Source: Tubiluchus corallicola (Eukaryota; Animalia; Priapulida). Taken from it: a stretch of DNA of 64,000 nt. How positions within the stretch are numbered: position 1 is the stretch's first letter; the number at the start of each line of letters is the position of its first letter. The notes under the pieces were generated by a model, which saw only the letters and a list, made by a program, of their open reading frames with translations, made no database searches and was not told where the DNA came from. The position numbers and the translations under genes were made by a program. The DNA lies in contig JAQGDQ010001039.1 of NCBI GenBank assembly GCA_030141605.1, positions 1-64,000 of the forward strand, in the 5' to 3' direction. This document shows, one piece after another, positions 33,507 to 46,677 of this stretch.

Positions 33507-34072
33507 TTCTTTAAGAAATAGCACTACATTACAATTTATTGCAAACAAAATTAGCACATATTTCAACACAACCATAGTGAAAAAAACAGATGTTTTACCA
33601 AATGTTACCAAAACATGAGGATCCTTCAAGCCTGAGGGGCCTAGGCTGCAGCCTATGCTAGCCCGTAGGATTACTCGGCACTAGTTGTGGGCGTGTGGGT
33701 GTTTATAATAGTATCAGTGCATAATAATATCAGGGTCCATAGTACCCCACCGGGTAGATTCAGGATTAAATAGTTACTGCTTTTATGTTGCTCAAACAAC
33801 AACAATAACATTTGCTCCGCGTTTCCTGCACATATTAAACAGTTTGCTTTGCGTTATGAACGTTTCCTTATAGATCGGTGTAAATAGACGCCATTGTCAC
33901 ATAATTATAGGCGAATCGATGACAGCAAATAGGACCGACTGCTTCCACGCGGCAACGAGGGACGTGATGCGGGTGCTGGTGAAATGCGTTTGTGCGTGCG
34001 CTGGCGTACGCCCACCTTAATTGCGCGCCGACGTTGACGTGCAAGAGAGTGTAACAGGTGGGGTGCAGGCTG

Positions 34073-34500
34073 GAATACAGGTAAAAAAGTCACAGTTAAA
34101 AAGACACAGGTAAAAAAGTCACAGGGGAAAACGTAACAGTGAAAAAGTCACAGGTGAAAAAGTCACAGGTAAAAACGTCACAGGGGAAAAAGTTACAGTG
34201 AAAAAGTCACAGGTAAAAAAGTCACAGGTAAAAAAGTCACAGGGGAAAAAGTTACAGTGAAAAAGTCACAGGTAAAAAAGTCACATAAAAGGGAAAAAGT
34301 CACAGGTAAAAAAGTCACAGTAAAAAAGTCACTGGTAAAAAAGTCACAGGTAAAAAAGTCACAGGTAAAAAAGTCACAGGGGAAAAAGTCACAGGTAAAC
34401 AAGTCACAGTAAAAAAGTCACAGGTAAAAAAGGCCCAGGGGAAAAAGTCACATTAAAAAAGACATAACCCTAACCCTAACCCTGACCCTGATGCTAGCCA
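34073..34500 (+). mobile_element. Repeat element with an internal ~15-bp tandem array (GGTAAAAAAGTCACA) and CCCTAA-like repeats; Helentron/HINE-like
   Basis: About 25 units after GGAATACAGG, then TAACCCTAACCCTAACCCTGACCCTG. A related array lies on the opposite strand at 55820-56709. The family assignment is inference. Confidence 0.55.
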
Positions 34501-34879
34501 TAACTTTAGACGGGCACTAGCGCCTGCATTTTGGAAATGCATTGCACAAAAAACAGGTGCTGTACCTCTCTGTTCAGACGTGTTAGTTTGTGACGAAACT
34601 GCAAAATGAATATTGTTTTAACTTTGAGTTATTTTGTACGTATTTCTCTGTCTGCACCATGCGTGTGTTGGCGCCGTCTCGTGGTGAGTCTCGAAAGCTC
34701 ACGCTCCTACTCGCCTCGAGACTGATTTGTACAATTTCCAAATCGTTTGTGTTTTATTATTGCATTGTTATTATCATTATGTAAATAGTTTAATGTTTGG
34801 TGTTGCAAATCAAACGAATAAAAAACTATTGAATTTGAATTTGGTTGCAAGAATTTAATGCATTTGCTTTTAATTTTGA

Positions 34880-35560
34880 CATCTAGAACATTCAGCAATG
34901 TAATATCAATTTCTTCGGCATACTCATCGCATATTAGAAGCATTCTTTGTAAAGTTCTTACACTCGGTGCCAATAGAGTTAAATCGTCTGCGCAGCTTAT
35001 GGAACAAACATAGGTACCGACCCTGCGACCATAACCTGATTCTTTCAACTTTGTTCACAGACCTTATATATATAATCCTTATTTGCCATAAAAATCGATA
35101 TTCATAGCTATAAAAGCATAAAAGAACATCGCAGCATGAGAATAAAATTCACACAACTGTTAAAGGCAAATGCGTCCAGTGCAAACTAAAAACTACTCTA
35201 CTGTGCCAAAAATTTAAAACAAAATATACATTATAAAGTTACACGCAAATTATAATAGACTATATACAATATATACATATAATTTAAAATGGACGTGGGT
35301 AAATAAAATTTGCAGATGAATATATATTATCGTTTACGTATGTTGGGTTTGCAAAACGATTTAATGTATATATTTTTAATTTTGATTTGAATTCGTCGAA
35401 AGAGTTGATTTGCTTTAAATTTGGTTGCAGGGTATTCCAAAGTTGAACTCCTTAGTGTTGATCGAATAACGTGGGAGACAGAACTGCACCTTGTTTAACT
35501 CCATTTGTGACAGTGTGGGCTTTCGAAGTTGTCCCGTTTCATAAAATGTTCATATGTTTT
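34880..35560 (-). mobile_element. Degenerate non-LTR retrotransposon RT fragment, interrupted by a CR1/L2-like 3' end
   Basis: Minus-strand NGVKQGAVLSPTLF (~35470-35510) and SISCADDLTLLAPS (~34965-35005). Between them lies QLWNTLQPNLKQINSFDEFKSKLK plus a UTR. Confidence 0.7.
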
Positions 35561-36186
35561 TTTAAATAAACACTGGCAAGAGAGATAGCTGATTATGTTG
35601 TGAAATTAGAACAAATTTCGTTTCTTTGCCTGTTAACAGATGGCGCGGCAAAGTCAGCAGACTGCTCAAGTGACCAGTAAAGAAATTGTTTGACTGTCTC
35701 TTCATTTGCAGTCGACCAACTAAACGCTGTTCTTCAGGTCAATAATCTTTGAAACAGTCAGTTAAATCACATCAAATTATTAATCACAAGTTTTTGATGG
35801 TTACCTAGGTTACAGGAAGCAGAAATTAGGAACTAACAATTTTAAACTTAAATACTCCCACTAGATGGCGCTTGCGAGAGGTTGGCCTTGGCGTAGATAA
35901 ACAAATACCCGTGGAGTTTTTATATGCGTTGCGGTTGCAGAAAGTTGGTTGCTTTTTTCTTACTAATGATCGTTTCTCCATTATGATGAATGCTTAGGCG
36001 TACGTCATCATCACAGATGTTGTACAGTCAATTTGAAAAAATAATTTAGCTATTTTTATTGACCACCAGCAATCCCAATCTAAGAAAGGATGCAAATACT
36101 CTAAAGCTGAAATGTTCACAAATATGAGTTTATTGTCTGTAAGAAAACATCTTTACCGTCTAGCAACTTGCCCAAGATCTATTATA

Positions 36187-36391
36187 GGTTTTACATGTCA
36201 AATGTAGACACAGGAAAGTTCAAATGTGACTTAGGTAAGTCAAATGTAGACATAGGAATTTCGAATGTCTTACCAAAAGCGCTCAAGATTTGTTGAAAAC
36301 CATTGTTAACACATTTGAACTAGCGAGACAACTTTGAATTATCTAAATCTACATTTGAGTTAACGCAGGTCTACATTTGACATGTAAAACC
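36187..36391. mobile_element. MITE (205 bp) with 23-bp perfect TIRs
   Basis: TATA|GGTTTTACATGTCAAATGTAGAC ... GTCTACATTTGACATGTAAAACC|TATA. Confidence 0.8.
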
Positions 36392-36559
36392 TATATAATG
36401 GTAGCTTAAACAATAAACAGAGATTGCTACCACAACTTTTACTTCTAATTTCAGTTCAGTAAATGAACTATTTCTTCTTTTGTTGCTCTAAATATTGTGG
36501 GCATTTTGAGCGTCTGGCCTTTATTAGGTTTTGGTACACGCGTCTGGCACTCCACTGTT

Positions 36560-36900
36560 TCCCATGTCTGCAGGCAAAATTTTCTCCTGTGATGCAATTG
36601 TTAAGTTTGGTCTCAAATGTTGTTAATCTTTATTAATTTTTGATATCCAAGTTGGTTTTGGTTTATCTGGAACTCATTTAACAGGTTTCAGTGCCTCGTT
36701 CAATGTTAATCTTACTGGTGTTGTTCGAACAATTTCATTAAGTGGTTTATCCATCTTAGCTTTGTGATTCTAGTGCTCCAAAGTTCCTCTTCGGTTCTGT
36801 TATACAGCTGCTTATTTAAAATGATATATGATCATTTTATTTTTAAGATTTTTCTACGTAGATTTCTGTGGAACAGAAATTAGCTATTTAAAAACTTTCA
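36560..36900 (-). mobile_element. Degenerate RTE-like LINE 3' fragment
   Basis: Minus-strand translation NKQLYNRTEEELWSTRITKLRWINHLMKL...PKPTWISKINKD. Confidence 0.55.
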
Positions 36901-37077
36901 TTCGTTTTCGTTTCAAAGAAAATCTGTCTACCTACCTTGGCTACTATTATTTGTTTAAGTTCTTTATAAATACAATGCAGATATGAATGTGTCAATGGAT
37001 GATTTTTATTGAAATGTAAATATTGCAGTCGATAATTACACCGAGAAGGTTTCCTGTAATGTGTGTCAGACTGGGTG

Positions 37078-37856
37078 TCTGTTCTGTTCTGTTGTGTTTT
37101 GCTCTGTTTTTCTTTGTTTTGTTCTATTCTATTCTATTCTATTCTATTCTATTCTATTCTATTCTATTCTATTCTATTCTATTCTATTCTATTCTATTCT
37201 ATTCTATTCTATTCCATTCCACTCTATTATTCTATTCTATTCTATTCTATTCTATTCTATTCTATTCTATTCTATTCTATTCTATTCTATTCTATTCTAT
37301 TCTATTCTATTCTATTCTATTCTGTTCTGTTCCGTTCCGTTCCGTTCCGTTCCGTTCCATTCCATTCCATTCCATTCCATTCCATTCCATTCCATTCCAT
37401 TCCATTCCATTCCATTCATTCTATTCTATTCTGTTCTGTTCTGTTCTATTCTATTCTATTCTATTCTATTCTATTCTATTCTATTCTATTCTATTCTATT
37501 CTATTCTATTCTATTCTATTCTATTCTATTCTATTCTATTCTATTCTATCCCGTTCTATTCTATTCTATTCTATTCTATTCTATTCTATTCTATTCTATT
37601 CTATTCTATTCTATTCTATTCTATTCCGTTCCGTTCCGTTCCGTTCCATTCCATTCCATTCCATTCTGCTCTATTCTATTCTATTCTGTTCTATTCTATT
37701 CTATTCTATTCTATTCTATTCTATCCCGTTCTATTCCATTCTATCCCGTTCTATTCTATTCTATTCTATTCTATTCTATTCTATTCTATTCTATTCTATT
37801 CTATTCTATTCTATTCTATTCTATTCTATTCCATTCTATTCTACTCTATTCTATTA
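37078..37856. repeat. (TTCTA)n pentanucleotide array with TTCTG/TTCCG/TTCCA blocks
   Basis: Direct reading. Confidence 0.95.
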
Positions 37857-37904
37857 TAAACTATTTTCAATGCACTACTTTTGAGTGCAGAATAGATGCT
37901 ACGA

Positions 37905-38384
37905 TGACGTCCGTAACTTCCGGGAAGCGTTGTAGTGTCCCGTCTTTGCAACATGGACCAGCTCAAAGTCACACTATCCCCGTGTGACGTCCGTAACTTC
38001 CGGGAAGCGTTGTAGTGTCCCGTCTTTGCAACATGGACCAGCTCAAAGTCACACTATCCCCGTGTGACGTCCGTAACTTCCGGGAAGCTTTGTAGTGTCC
38101 CGTCTTTGCAACATGGACCAGCTCAAAGTCACACTATCCCCGTGTGACGTCCGTAACTTCCGGGAAGCGCTGTAGTGTCCCGTCTTTGCAACATGGACCA
38201 GCTCAAAGTCACACTATCCCCGTGTGACGTCCGTAACTTCCGGGAAGCGTTGTAGTGTCCCGTCTTTGCAACATGGACCAGCTCAAAGTCACACTATCCC
38301 CGTGTGACGTCCGTAACTTCCGGGAAACGTTGTAGTGTCCCGTCTTTGCAACATGGACCAGCTCAAAGTCACACTATCCCCGTG
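37905..38384. repeat. Minisatellite, 6 x 80 bp, near-identical units
   Basis: TGACGTCCGTAACTTCCGGGAA... starts at 37905, 37985, 38065, 38145, 38225 and 38305. Confidence 0.95.
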
Positions 38385-38543
38385 TTCTCAATGAAACGAG
38401 AGAAGTATGTTTGGGCGAAACATTTCGGAAAATTTTCTGGAACCTTTTACTTTGTAAATAAACCAGCAAGACATTCGTTTGCTGCTGCGTATTACGAGTG
38501 GCATTCAATTCCCAGCGACAACGGAATCTGGGTCAGTGTCACG

Positions 38544-38558
38544 GTGACGTCACTTCCG
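38544..38558 (-). promoter_or_regulatory. Candidate ETS-CRE composite motif CGGAAGTGACGTCAC
   Basis: Plus strand GTGACGTCACTTCCG: palindromic CRE overlapping an ETS core. Function is not shown. Confidence 0.35.
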
Positions 38559-38945
38559 TTAGGTTAGATTCCGTTTCCTAATGTTAACTGCACTTACTGG
38601 CTTCTCGCAATTTTCCGTTGAACGATTTCAGTTAGTAATCAAATGAAAAACAAGCAAATCTGACGTAATCAAAGCAGTCAAAACGTAGAGCAAAGCAATA
38701 AAGGAATCAACCAGTTTACATCATGGCGCTCACCATAGAAAGCAAAGCACGGATATAGATTTGTTATCAACAAAAAATGGGACTGAATCCTTTTGGGCTG
38801 CCGCATCCGGAATTCCTTTAAAGGAAAACATTTTATACACATACAGCATATTGAAAATGTAAAATGCACAATCAATGAAATGATGATGATGATGATAATG
38901 ATGATGATGATAAATCCTAATTTGCACAATATACATATATATATG

Positions 38946-39437
38946 TAGTATAGTATAGTATAGTATAGTATAGTATAGTATAGTATAGTATAGTATAGTA
39001 TAGTATAGTATAGTATAGTATAGTATAGTATAGTATAGTATAGTATAGTATAGTATAGCATAGCAAAACATAGCATAGTATAGTATAGCATAGTATAGTA
39101 TAGCATAGTATGTATAGTATAGTATGTACAGTATAGTGTGGTGTGGTGTAGTGTAGTGTAGTGTAGTGTAGTGTAGTGTAGTGTAGTGTAGTGTAGTGTA
39201 GTGTAGTGTAGTGTAGTGTAGTGCAGTGCAGTGCAGTGCAGTGCAGTGCAGTTACAGTTACAGTGCAGTGCAGTGCAGTACAGTACAGTACAGTACAGTA
39301 CAGTACAGTACAGTACAGTACAGTACAGTACAGTACAGTACAGTACAGTACAGTACAGTACAGTACAGTACAGTACAGTACAGTACAGTACAGTACAGTA
39401 CAGTACAGTACAGTACAGTACAGTATAGTATAGTATA
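38946..39437. repeat. Compound pentanucleotide array TAGTA-TAGTG-CAGTG-CAGTA-TAGTA
   Basis: Direct reading. Confidence 0.95.
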
Positions 39438-39776
39438 TATGTGGTCCTGTTGTCCTTAATTCAGGTACCACAAACTTGCTTATAAAACATTTTAGCAATA
39501 ATTTAGAACATCTGTAATTAAGGTCCACAATAACAGAATTCGTTCACTAGGGTTGACTATTATTAACTTCGTTCAATAATAACAGTATTATTTAGATTAC
39601 ACTATTAGGAAAGTATTAAAAAGGACAAACTTTTCTATATGCACGCTTACTATTATATAAAAACTAGGACTATTGTTAAAAGTTACGATAAATTCAGGAC
39701 AAGTTTTGCCTGAGTTATACATATATTTATACATACATACGTGGGCGTAAGCTAAAATTTATCTTACATTTCTTCT

Positions 39777-39792
39777 CCTTCTTCTTCTTCTT

Positions 39793-39873
<81 letters not shown>
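39777..39873. repeat. (CTT)n-(ATT)n microsatellite
   Basis: Direct reading. Confidence 0.95.
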
Positions 39874-39875
<2 letters not shown>

Positions 39876-40144
39876 ATATCTTAAGTTTATAATAAGTATC
39901 AAAATCCATGAAAGAGAAAGCGAGAGAACTAAATTAGACTTGTCTGGATGACATTTTAACGAATCCTATTATAAACGCATGACGGAACAAATTACAAATA
40001 AAATAATGTCAATAAATTGCAAGTAATTACCATATTACAATGTTATTACACCCATAATAAACTAACAGCACCAATGTTACAAATTACATTATACAAGTAG
40101 ATTTGTAGACAAAAATACTTTAATTGGACTTAGTTTGCTGCCTT

Positions 40145-40505
40145 GACATAGACATAGACACTAGACACAGACATAGACATAGACATAGACATAGACATAG
40201 ACATAGACATAGACATAGACATAGACATAGACATAGACATAGACATAGACATAGACATAGACATAGACATAGACATAGACATAGACATAGACATAGACAT
40301 AGACATAGACATAGACAGACATGGACATGGACATGGACATGGACATGGACATGGACATGGACATGGACATGGACATAGACATAGACATAGACATAGACAT
40401 AGACATAGACATAGACATAGACATAGACATAGACATAGACATAGACATAGACATAGACATAGACATAGACATAGACATAGACATAGACATTGACATAGAC
40501 ATAGA
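40145..40505. repeat. (GACATA)n hexanucleotide array with a (GACATG)n block
   Basis: Direct reading. Confidence 0.95.
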
Positions 40506-41223
40506 ACATTTATTGTCTCCAATTAGTTTAACATCAAAAGTTTTTTAAATATCAAGTAATTATAATCATGGAGCAGGGCAGGGAAGGACCATAGGGTCAT
40601 CTAGTCTCCTGCCCTTTCTTATAAATAGATTAGTATATTAAAAATTAACGGTGATGCTGCAGATAACAAAAACAAAAACAAATAAGAAAATAATAATAAT
40701 AAAAACATTATAAATGATACAAATTATCCAAAAAGAACTGAAAACAAAAGATAATAAAGTTAGATAACTAAATCTAAACAAAACAATACAATTATTCAGT
40801 AATTAGGATTATTATATGTAGTAGTTTCAAATGGGGTTTTATTAAATTTGAAATTTGACCAAGGTTAGTGAGTAGTTAAAAACTGAAAGAAAAAAATAAG
40901 CATAAAAAAGTGTAATGTAGAAAAATATATGAGAAAAAGTAAGTATGAGAAAGAGCAACAATTACTTAGGAGATGAGGGAATCGTCTTTCCGATTGACAA
41001 TTTTTGTACATTATTCTACATAAAGCTAGTAAGAAGTATTCCATGTATAGCAGGAACGCAAACTTTTGTAGCTTAGTTGTAATGAATAACTTTAAAGCCA
41101 AGTGAATCATTAAGAGCGTTGGCAGGAAGTAGATCCTTGGGGAAAACCTGTCTGGCGCGTGAAATGGTTGAAACAGCTTTTTCCCATGTTATAACAGTTG
41201 CTAACATGTTGTAACAAGTTCTT

Positions 41224-41825
41224 ACATGTTTTAGAAAGTACCTATATAGTACAAAACGGTGCACAGATATATAAAAAAGTTAGTACTGACATTTATGACT
41301 GTAACTCAGTATGACGTCTATCACATTTGTTGTAGTAGTTCAATTCTAACATGTTTTAGAGAGTACTTATATAGTACAAAACGGTGCACAGATAAATAAA
41401 AAAATTAGTACTGACATTTATGACAGCAACTCAGTATGACGTCTATTACATTTGTTGTAGTAGTTCAATTCTAACATGTTTTAGAGAGTACTTATATAGT
41501 ACAAAACGGTGCACAGATATATAAAAAAGTTAGTACTGACATTTATGACAGCAACTCAGTATGACGTCTATCACATTTGTTGTAGTAGTTCAATTCTAAC
41601 ATGTTTTAGAGAGAACTTATATAGTACAAAACGGTGCACAGATATATAAAAAAGTTAGTACTGACATTTATGACAGCAACTCAGTATGACGTCTATCACA
41701 TTTGTTATAGTAGTTCAATTCTAACATGTTTTAGAGAGTACTTATATAGTACAAAACGGTGCACAGATATATAAAAAAGTTAGTACTAAGATTTATGACT
41801 GTAACTCAATATGACGTCTGACACG
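41224..41825. repeat. Tandem repeat, ~4.8 x 125 bp
   Basis: ACATGTTTTAGA starts at 41224, 41349, 41474, 41599 and 41724. Confidence 0.9.
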
Positions 41826-43064
41826 TTTATTATTGTATTTCAACATGTCGCCTAACATTGTACAATTGTTGTAAATAAGTAATTACATCGTGATGTTTTA
41901 ATAATTCGTTCTTTGTTTTTATTTATCTCTAGCCAAGAACTAGAGTGACGATCAACAAAACACAAATAACATGCTTTTTGTGAACTTCCTGCATTCAGTC
42001 TAAGAGCTTAAAAACTGGCACACTTAAAGAGCAAACAAAAATAGCTAGCTAGAACTTTTACAAGTTCGTGACATGGTACCGAAGAGCAAGCACTGTGTCG
42101 ATTTTTCAAGTTCGCAACACAGACTGTAAGTTGGTAACCAGTGGGTATTGAACTCGAGTGCCCTATACGGTCAGTCTTATACAATATATATATACAATTA
42201 GTATATATATATATATATATATATATTATAAATATTATTTATTTGTCATTAAAATGGTTCACTCATTATAATAAAATTAGTAAGCCTCAAGGTAATGTTA
42301 AGATAACAACACTGTTCAAGACAAATGCGTCCAATGCAGACTAAAAAACTAAAGTGCAAAACTAAGGCCTAATTCAATACAGTAAATGGACATATTTACA
42401 AACACCATATTAAAATATTTTACAAAACAATATTATAAAAGTACATTAAATTTTACACGACATATTTTACACTATATATACATTTGACATGACACAATTA
42501 ACAGAAACATGTATTACATTACATAAATTTCACTCATTACATTTACACTATTTATACATTTGACATTACAAAACTGACATAACACATATTACATTACATA
42601 CTTTTTTTAAAAAAATTTCATTTTTAATCGTTATATGGAGTCAGGGGCGGGAGTAGATGAAAGTTGAGTCTGTGTAATTAGTATGTGTAAAACAAATGAA
42701 TCATGGGGAGCGTCTTCAAACACTGTTTTTCGCATGTTCGTATTACAAAGCATCCATTTGTGTCCTTAGTAACAACGTTTTTACAAACTTTAGTATAAAA
42801 TATGGAACTTTTATATTATATCTGTCACTTTTATATTATACAGGTCGTTTTGTGTAAACTGGTACTATTTGATTTTAGTTGTTCTTTTATATTATTTTGA
42901 GGCACGAAATCCGTGGTTTACTGGTATATAAAAGTCTTACGAATATAACAGCTATTTTATTTACAGAGTTTTTTAACCATACCCTGCAAATGGTCACTGT
43001 ATGTATTTTATGTAAATATTTGCATATGTGTAAAATTTTAAATTTTAAATAAAGAATTATACTA

Positions 43065-43390
<326 letters not shown>

Positions 43391-43457
43391 CGAGCGGACT
43401 CCTCACAAAATAAGATGACATAAGAAAAGATATTTAAGTCAGGATAACTTGATTGAG

Positions 43458-44090
43458 CAAAGCTTGTTTACAACAAGGTTCTGATTAGTGCAAAGTTTGC
43501 AAACAATATTCAGGATAATACCAAAAAGCACAAATTTTGTTTTTGTTCAAAATATGTTTTTTGGTACTAGCCTGAACATTGCTTGCAAACTGTGCACCAA
43601 TCAGGAACTTGATGTAAACAAGCTTTTTTAATTTCATCTTTTTGGTTGCTTTTATGTTTTGAAAAAAACACGTCAAAATTTAAAAGCAACTCAAAAAGTG
43701 GAAATTTAAAAGGCTCTTCTAAAACTAGGTCCTGATTAGTGCACAGTTTGCAAACAATATTCAGGATAATACCAAAAAACAGAAATTTTATTTTTGTTCA
43801 AAAGATATGTTTTTTGGTATTATCCTGTGCAAACTGTGCTCCAATCAAGACCTAGTTTTAGAAGAGCCTTTTAAATTTCGTCTTTTTCAGTTGCTTTTAA
43901 ATTTTGACGTGTTTTTTTTCAAAACATAAAAGCAACCAAAAAGATGAAATTAAAAAAGCTTGTTTACATCAAGGTCTTGATGGATGCAAAGTTTGCAAGC
44001 AATGTTCAGGCTACTACCAAAAAACATATCTTTTGAAAAAAAACAAACATGTCAAAATTTAAAAGCAGCTCAAAAGACAAAATTTTAACA
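43458..44090. repeat. Long imperfect palindrome (foldback), centre ~43790, with nested inverted units
   Basis: Arm ~43535-43780 is the reverse complement of ~43808-44045, e.g. AAAAGGCTCTTCTAAAACTAGGTC versus GACCTAGTTTTAGAAGAGCCTTTT. Confidence 0.85.
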
Positions 44091-44145
44091 GCACAATACA
44101 ATTAATAAGAATGGCACTCTTGCTAGAAAACTTGAAGCTGACCCT

Positions 44146-44715
44146 TAAAGGACAAGAAAAGGGTCACCTGAAGTAGGCTTCACAAAAATCGCCTTAAAAT
44201 GATACTATTTTACAGCAATTTTATGCGTATATCTTGCTCGCGTTGAAAGGAATTTTAGTTTGTTTTCATTTTAAATCTCCCGCAATACTGTTCTGACCGC
44301 GCCATTACATGACGTCATATACGCACAACGTAAATCAGGGGAAGAAAAGGAAATGTTAAACTACGTCCCAAAAAACCTTCCATGCAAAATTATATTACTT
44401 AGCATTTCGCTTACCTGCTTGAAAGACTTATGTAACTAAAAAGGAAAATTATTAATTATTTAAAATGTTTTCACCAATTGGTAAAATGTCACTGACTCAC
44501 CCTCCAGGGTGCACCACTCACTAATCAAAAATTTATTTTTAATCTTATGGACAAGATACAGTAATTTCAAATTTTATTTAGTTAGTGACGTGTGCGCTAC
44601 GAATGTCCTGATTATTTTTTCAAACTTTATACAATGTTATTTTAACTTGTTTCAAATGACCTGTCGTCAAAATGGTTGCGTCTAACGGTCATCGCGGGAG
44701 TTTAAATTTACGTGT
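44146..44715 (+). mobile_element. Dispersed repeat beginning TTAA|AGGACAAG (Kolobok-like remnant)
   Basis: Inverted homolog of 15500-16025. Confidence 0.55.
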
Positions 44716-44754
44716 TTTATGCAGCGTTATTGCAGAGACAAGTCTAATATGCAC

Positions 44755-45065
44755 AGAAGCAAGAAGTAACAGCACAGAACAGTTTATTACATTGAGAATA
44801 TTTCTGAGACAAAAGTATGCCTGCATGTACGCAACAGTCAACAGACGTGGGGTATGTCTAGGGGGTATAGAAGCAAGGAGTAACAGCACAGAACAGTTTA
44901 TTACACTGAAAGTATTTCTGAAATAATGGTATACTTACATGTACACAACAGTCGACAGACTTGGGGCAGGTGTAGGGGGTACAGAAGCAAGGAGTAACAG
45001 CACAGAACAATTTATTACATTGAAAGTATTTCTGAGACAGTGGGGTACTTGCACGTACACAACAT
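44755..45065. repeat. Tandem repeat, ~2.7 x 114 bp
   Basis: AGAAGCAAG(A/G)AGTAACAGCACAGAACA at 44755, 44869 and 44983. Confidence 0.85.
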
Positions 45066-45802
45066 GGACTAGACCTACTTATATTATATACTATATATAC
45101 CATATACTATAATTCATACTAATACTATATACCGTCATATAATAGAATATACACTGTCTTCATTACTGTACATTCTGTAAGAGCATAATGGACTATGGCA
45201 ATCGCCTTAACATTCTAAGCACATTACAAGCCTATAAGCCCCAACCATGCTATTTTCAGATGCAAGTTTTATTTTACGGTGGCTCTATTTTGGGGCTGAA
45301 GTATTGTATGACTTCACTATAGAACCCAGCAAACTTTCGGACCGTGAAAAATGCTCCTGCGTCGGTGTTGCTGATGCTGCTGCTGCTGCGGGCGATGCGG
45401 ATGAAGCCCGCGAAGCACTTCTAACAGCAGTCGCCGCGGCTTCGAAGCCAAGTTTTGCTCTGCAGCCAAGCGAATGCAATAACTTCAACTTGTGCGCTGT
45501 TTTTTTTTTACCAACATTTGGACATTGTGGTAGTTGTGCTTTTACGTCAACTGTAATTACACCCAATCGATTTGTGTAAGAAGCAATTTGGTTACTAGGA
45601 CTCCAGGGGTCGATATCTAGGTATTGTGGTTCATCTTTTGTGGTCTCGTCTCTGGCGTATGACGGCAGTCATGAATCGATGATCAGATGCCAGAAATAGA
45701 TCATAGGATGTAAAGCGAAAATCCCCCCCCCGTGAAAATTTCTGTGTCATAAAGTTTTTTTTGTTTCTGTTAGTGAAAAATGTCTGGTGAGCGCGTGTAA
45801 CA

Positions 45803-46066
45803 ATGGAAGAGAACGACGCGGACAACAGTGCTGTTGTTGAGCCCATGACGTCACCGGTGACGTCACCGGAGGAACCGCAAGAGGAGCCGGCCACCGGTTC
45901 CAAGGAAACCACGACCGAAAAACCCTCTAGGATACCGCTCATGAGGAGGTTTAGCAGGGCACCCAAAAAGGACAAGGAGACGACGGAGTGGACGAATGCC
46001 GACGAACTGCCCCGGTCCCTGTACGGGACCCCCTTGGAGGACATTGACTCACGGATTTACGAGAAG
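45803..46066 (+). CDS. First coding exon of a voltage-gated sodium channel alpha-like gene (Nav2/NaCP60E-type N-terminus); remainder outside the window
   Basis: GC-rich 88-codon exon with ACAATGG Kozak context, ending ...ELPRSLYGTPLEDIDSRIYEK|GTAGAG. PLEDID is the conserved Nav N-terminal motif, and Nav genes have a phase-0 intron shortly after it. Lies in a CpG-rich island. Confidence 0.7.
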
Positions 46067-46604
46067 GTAGAGAGATCATTTTACGATTATTGTTTTATTT
46101 TGCTGTAAATTCCGCGCGAGTTCGCTTCTGGGAATTGATCGGTTTTTGATCTGAAAATAGCATGGTTAATTATTTACCGCCTGATTTCCGTGAGAGAATT
46201 TGATGAATAAGTTTGACACTTGTCCGCGTGCGGCAAAGCGGTGTGCGCGGCGCGGTAATTTGGTTTAAAGAGGTGACGGTGATTTGGGCGTTTTTGCCGT
46301 TTCCGCGAATGCTGTTGTAGGATTTGTGAGGGAATTTCCGTTACCGTGACGACTTTTGTAGCATTTGTAAGCGGAGTTCCTTAATAGCTTCAGATTTGCG
46401 GATTATTGAATTTCCTGTTTTTGTTTTGAATAGAATCTCACAGTGTCATTCGTTTATTTATTTATTTATTTATTTACTAATTATTTATTTGTTTATTTGT
46501 ATCTTTATTTCAACAGACTGCAAGTTACTTGATGATAAAAAAATTACAATACTTTAAATTCCACTACGACGAAAAACTAGAAAAGTGTATTTCAGCATAG
46601 CATC

Positions 46605-46663
<59 letters not shown>

Positions 46664-46677
46664 TTTTGTTATCGCCA

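Noticed and set aside
34465-34492. Telomere or interstitial telomeric site (CCCTAA)n
   Set aside because: Only 2-4 degenerate units, embedded in a repeat element.
37905-38384. CRISPR-like regular array
   Set aside because: Units are contiguous near-identical 80-mers with no unique spacers, there are no cas genes, and the context is eukaryotic.
45247-45579. Ala-rich ORFs on both strands upstream of the channel exon
   Set aside because: Explained by a GC-rich promoter or 5' UTR with a short GCT repeat; no recognisable domain.
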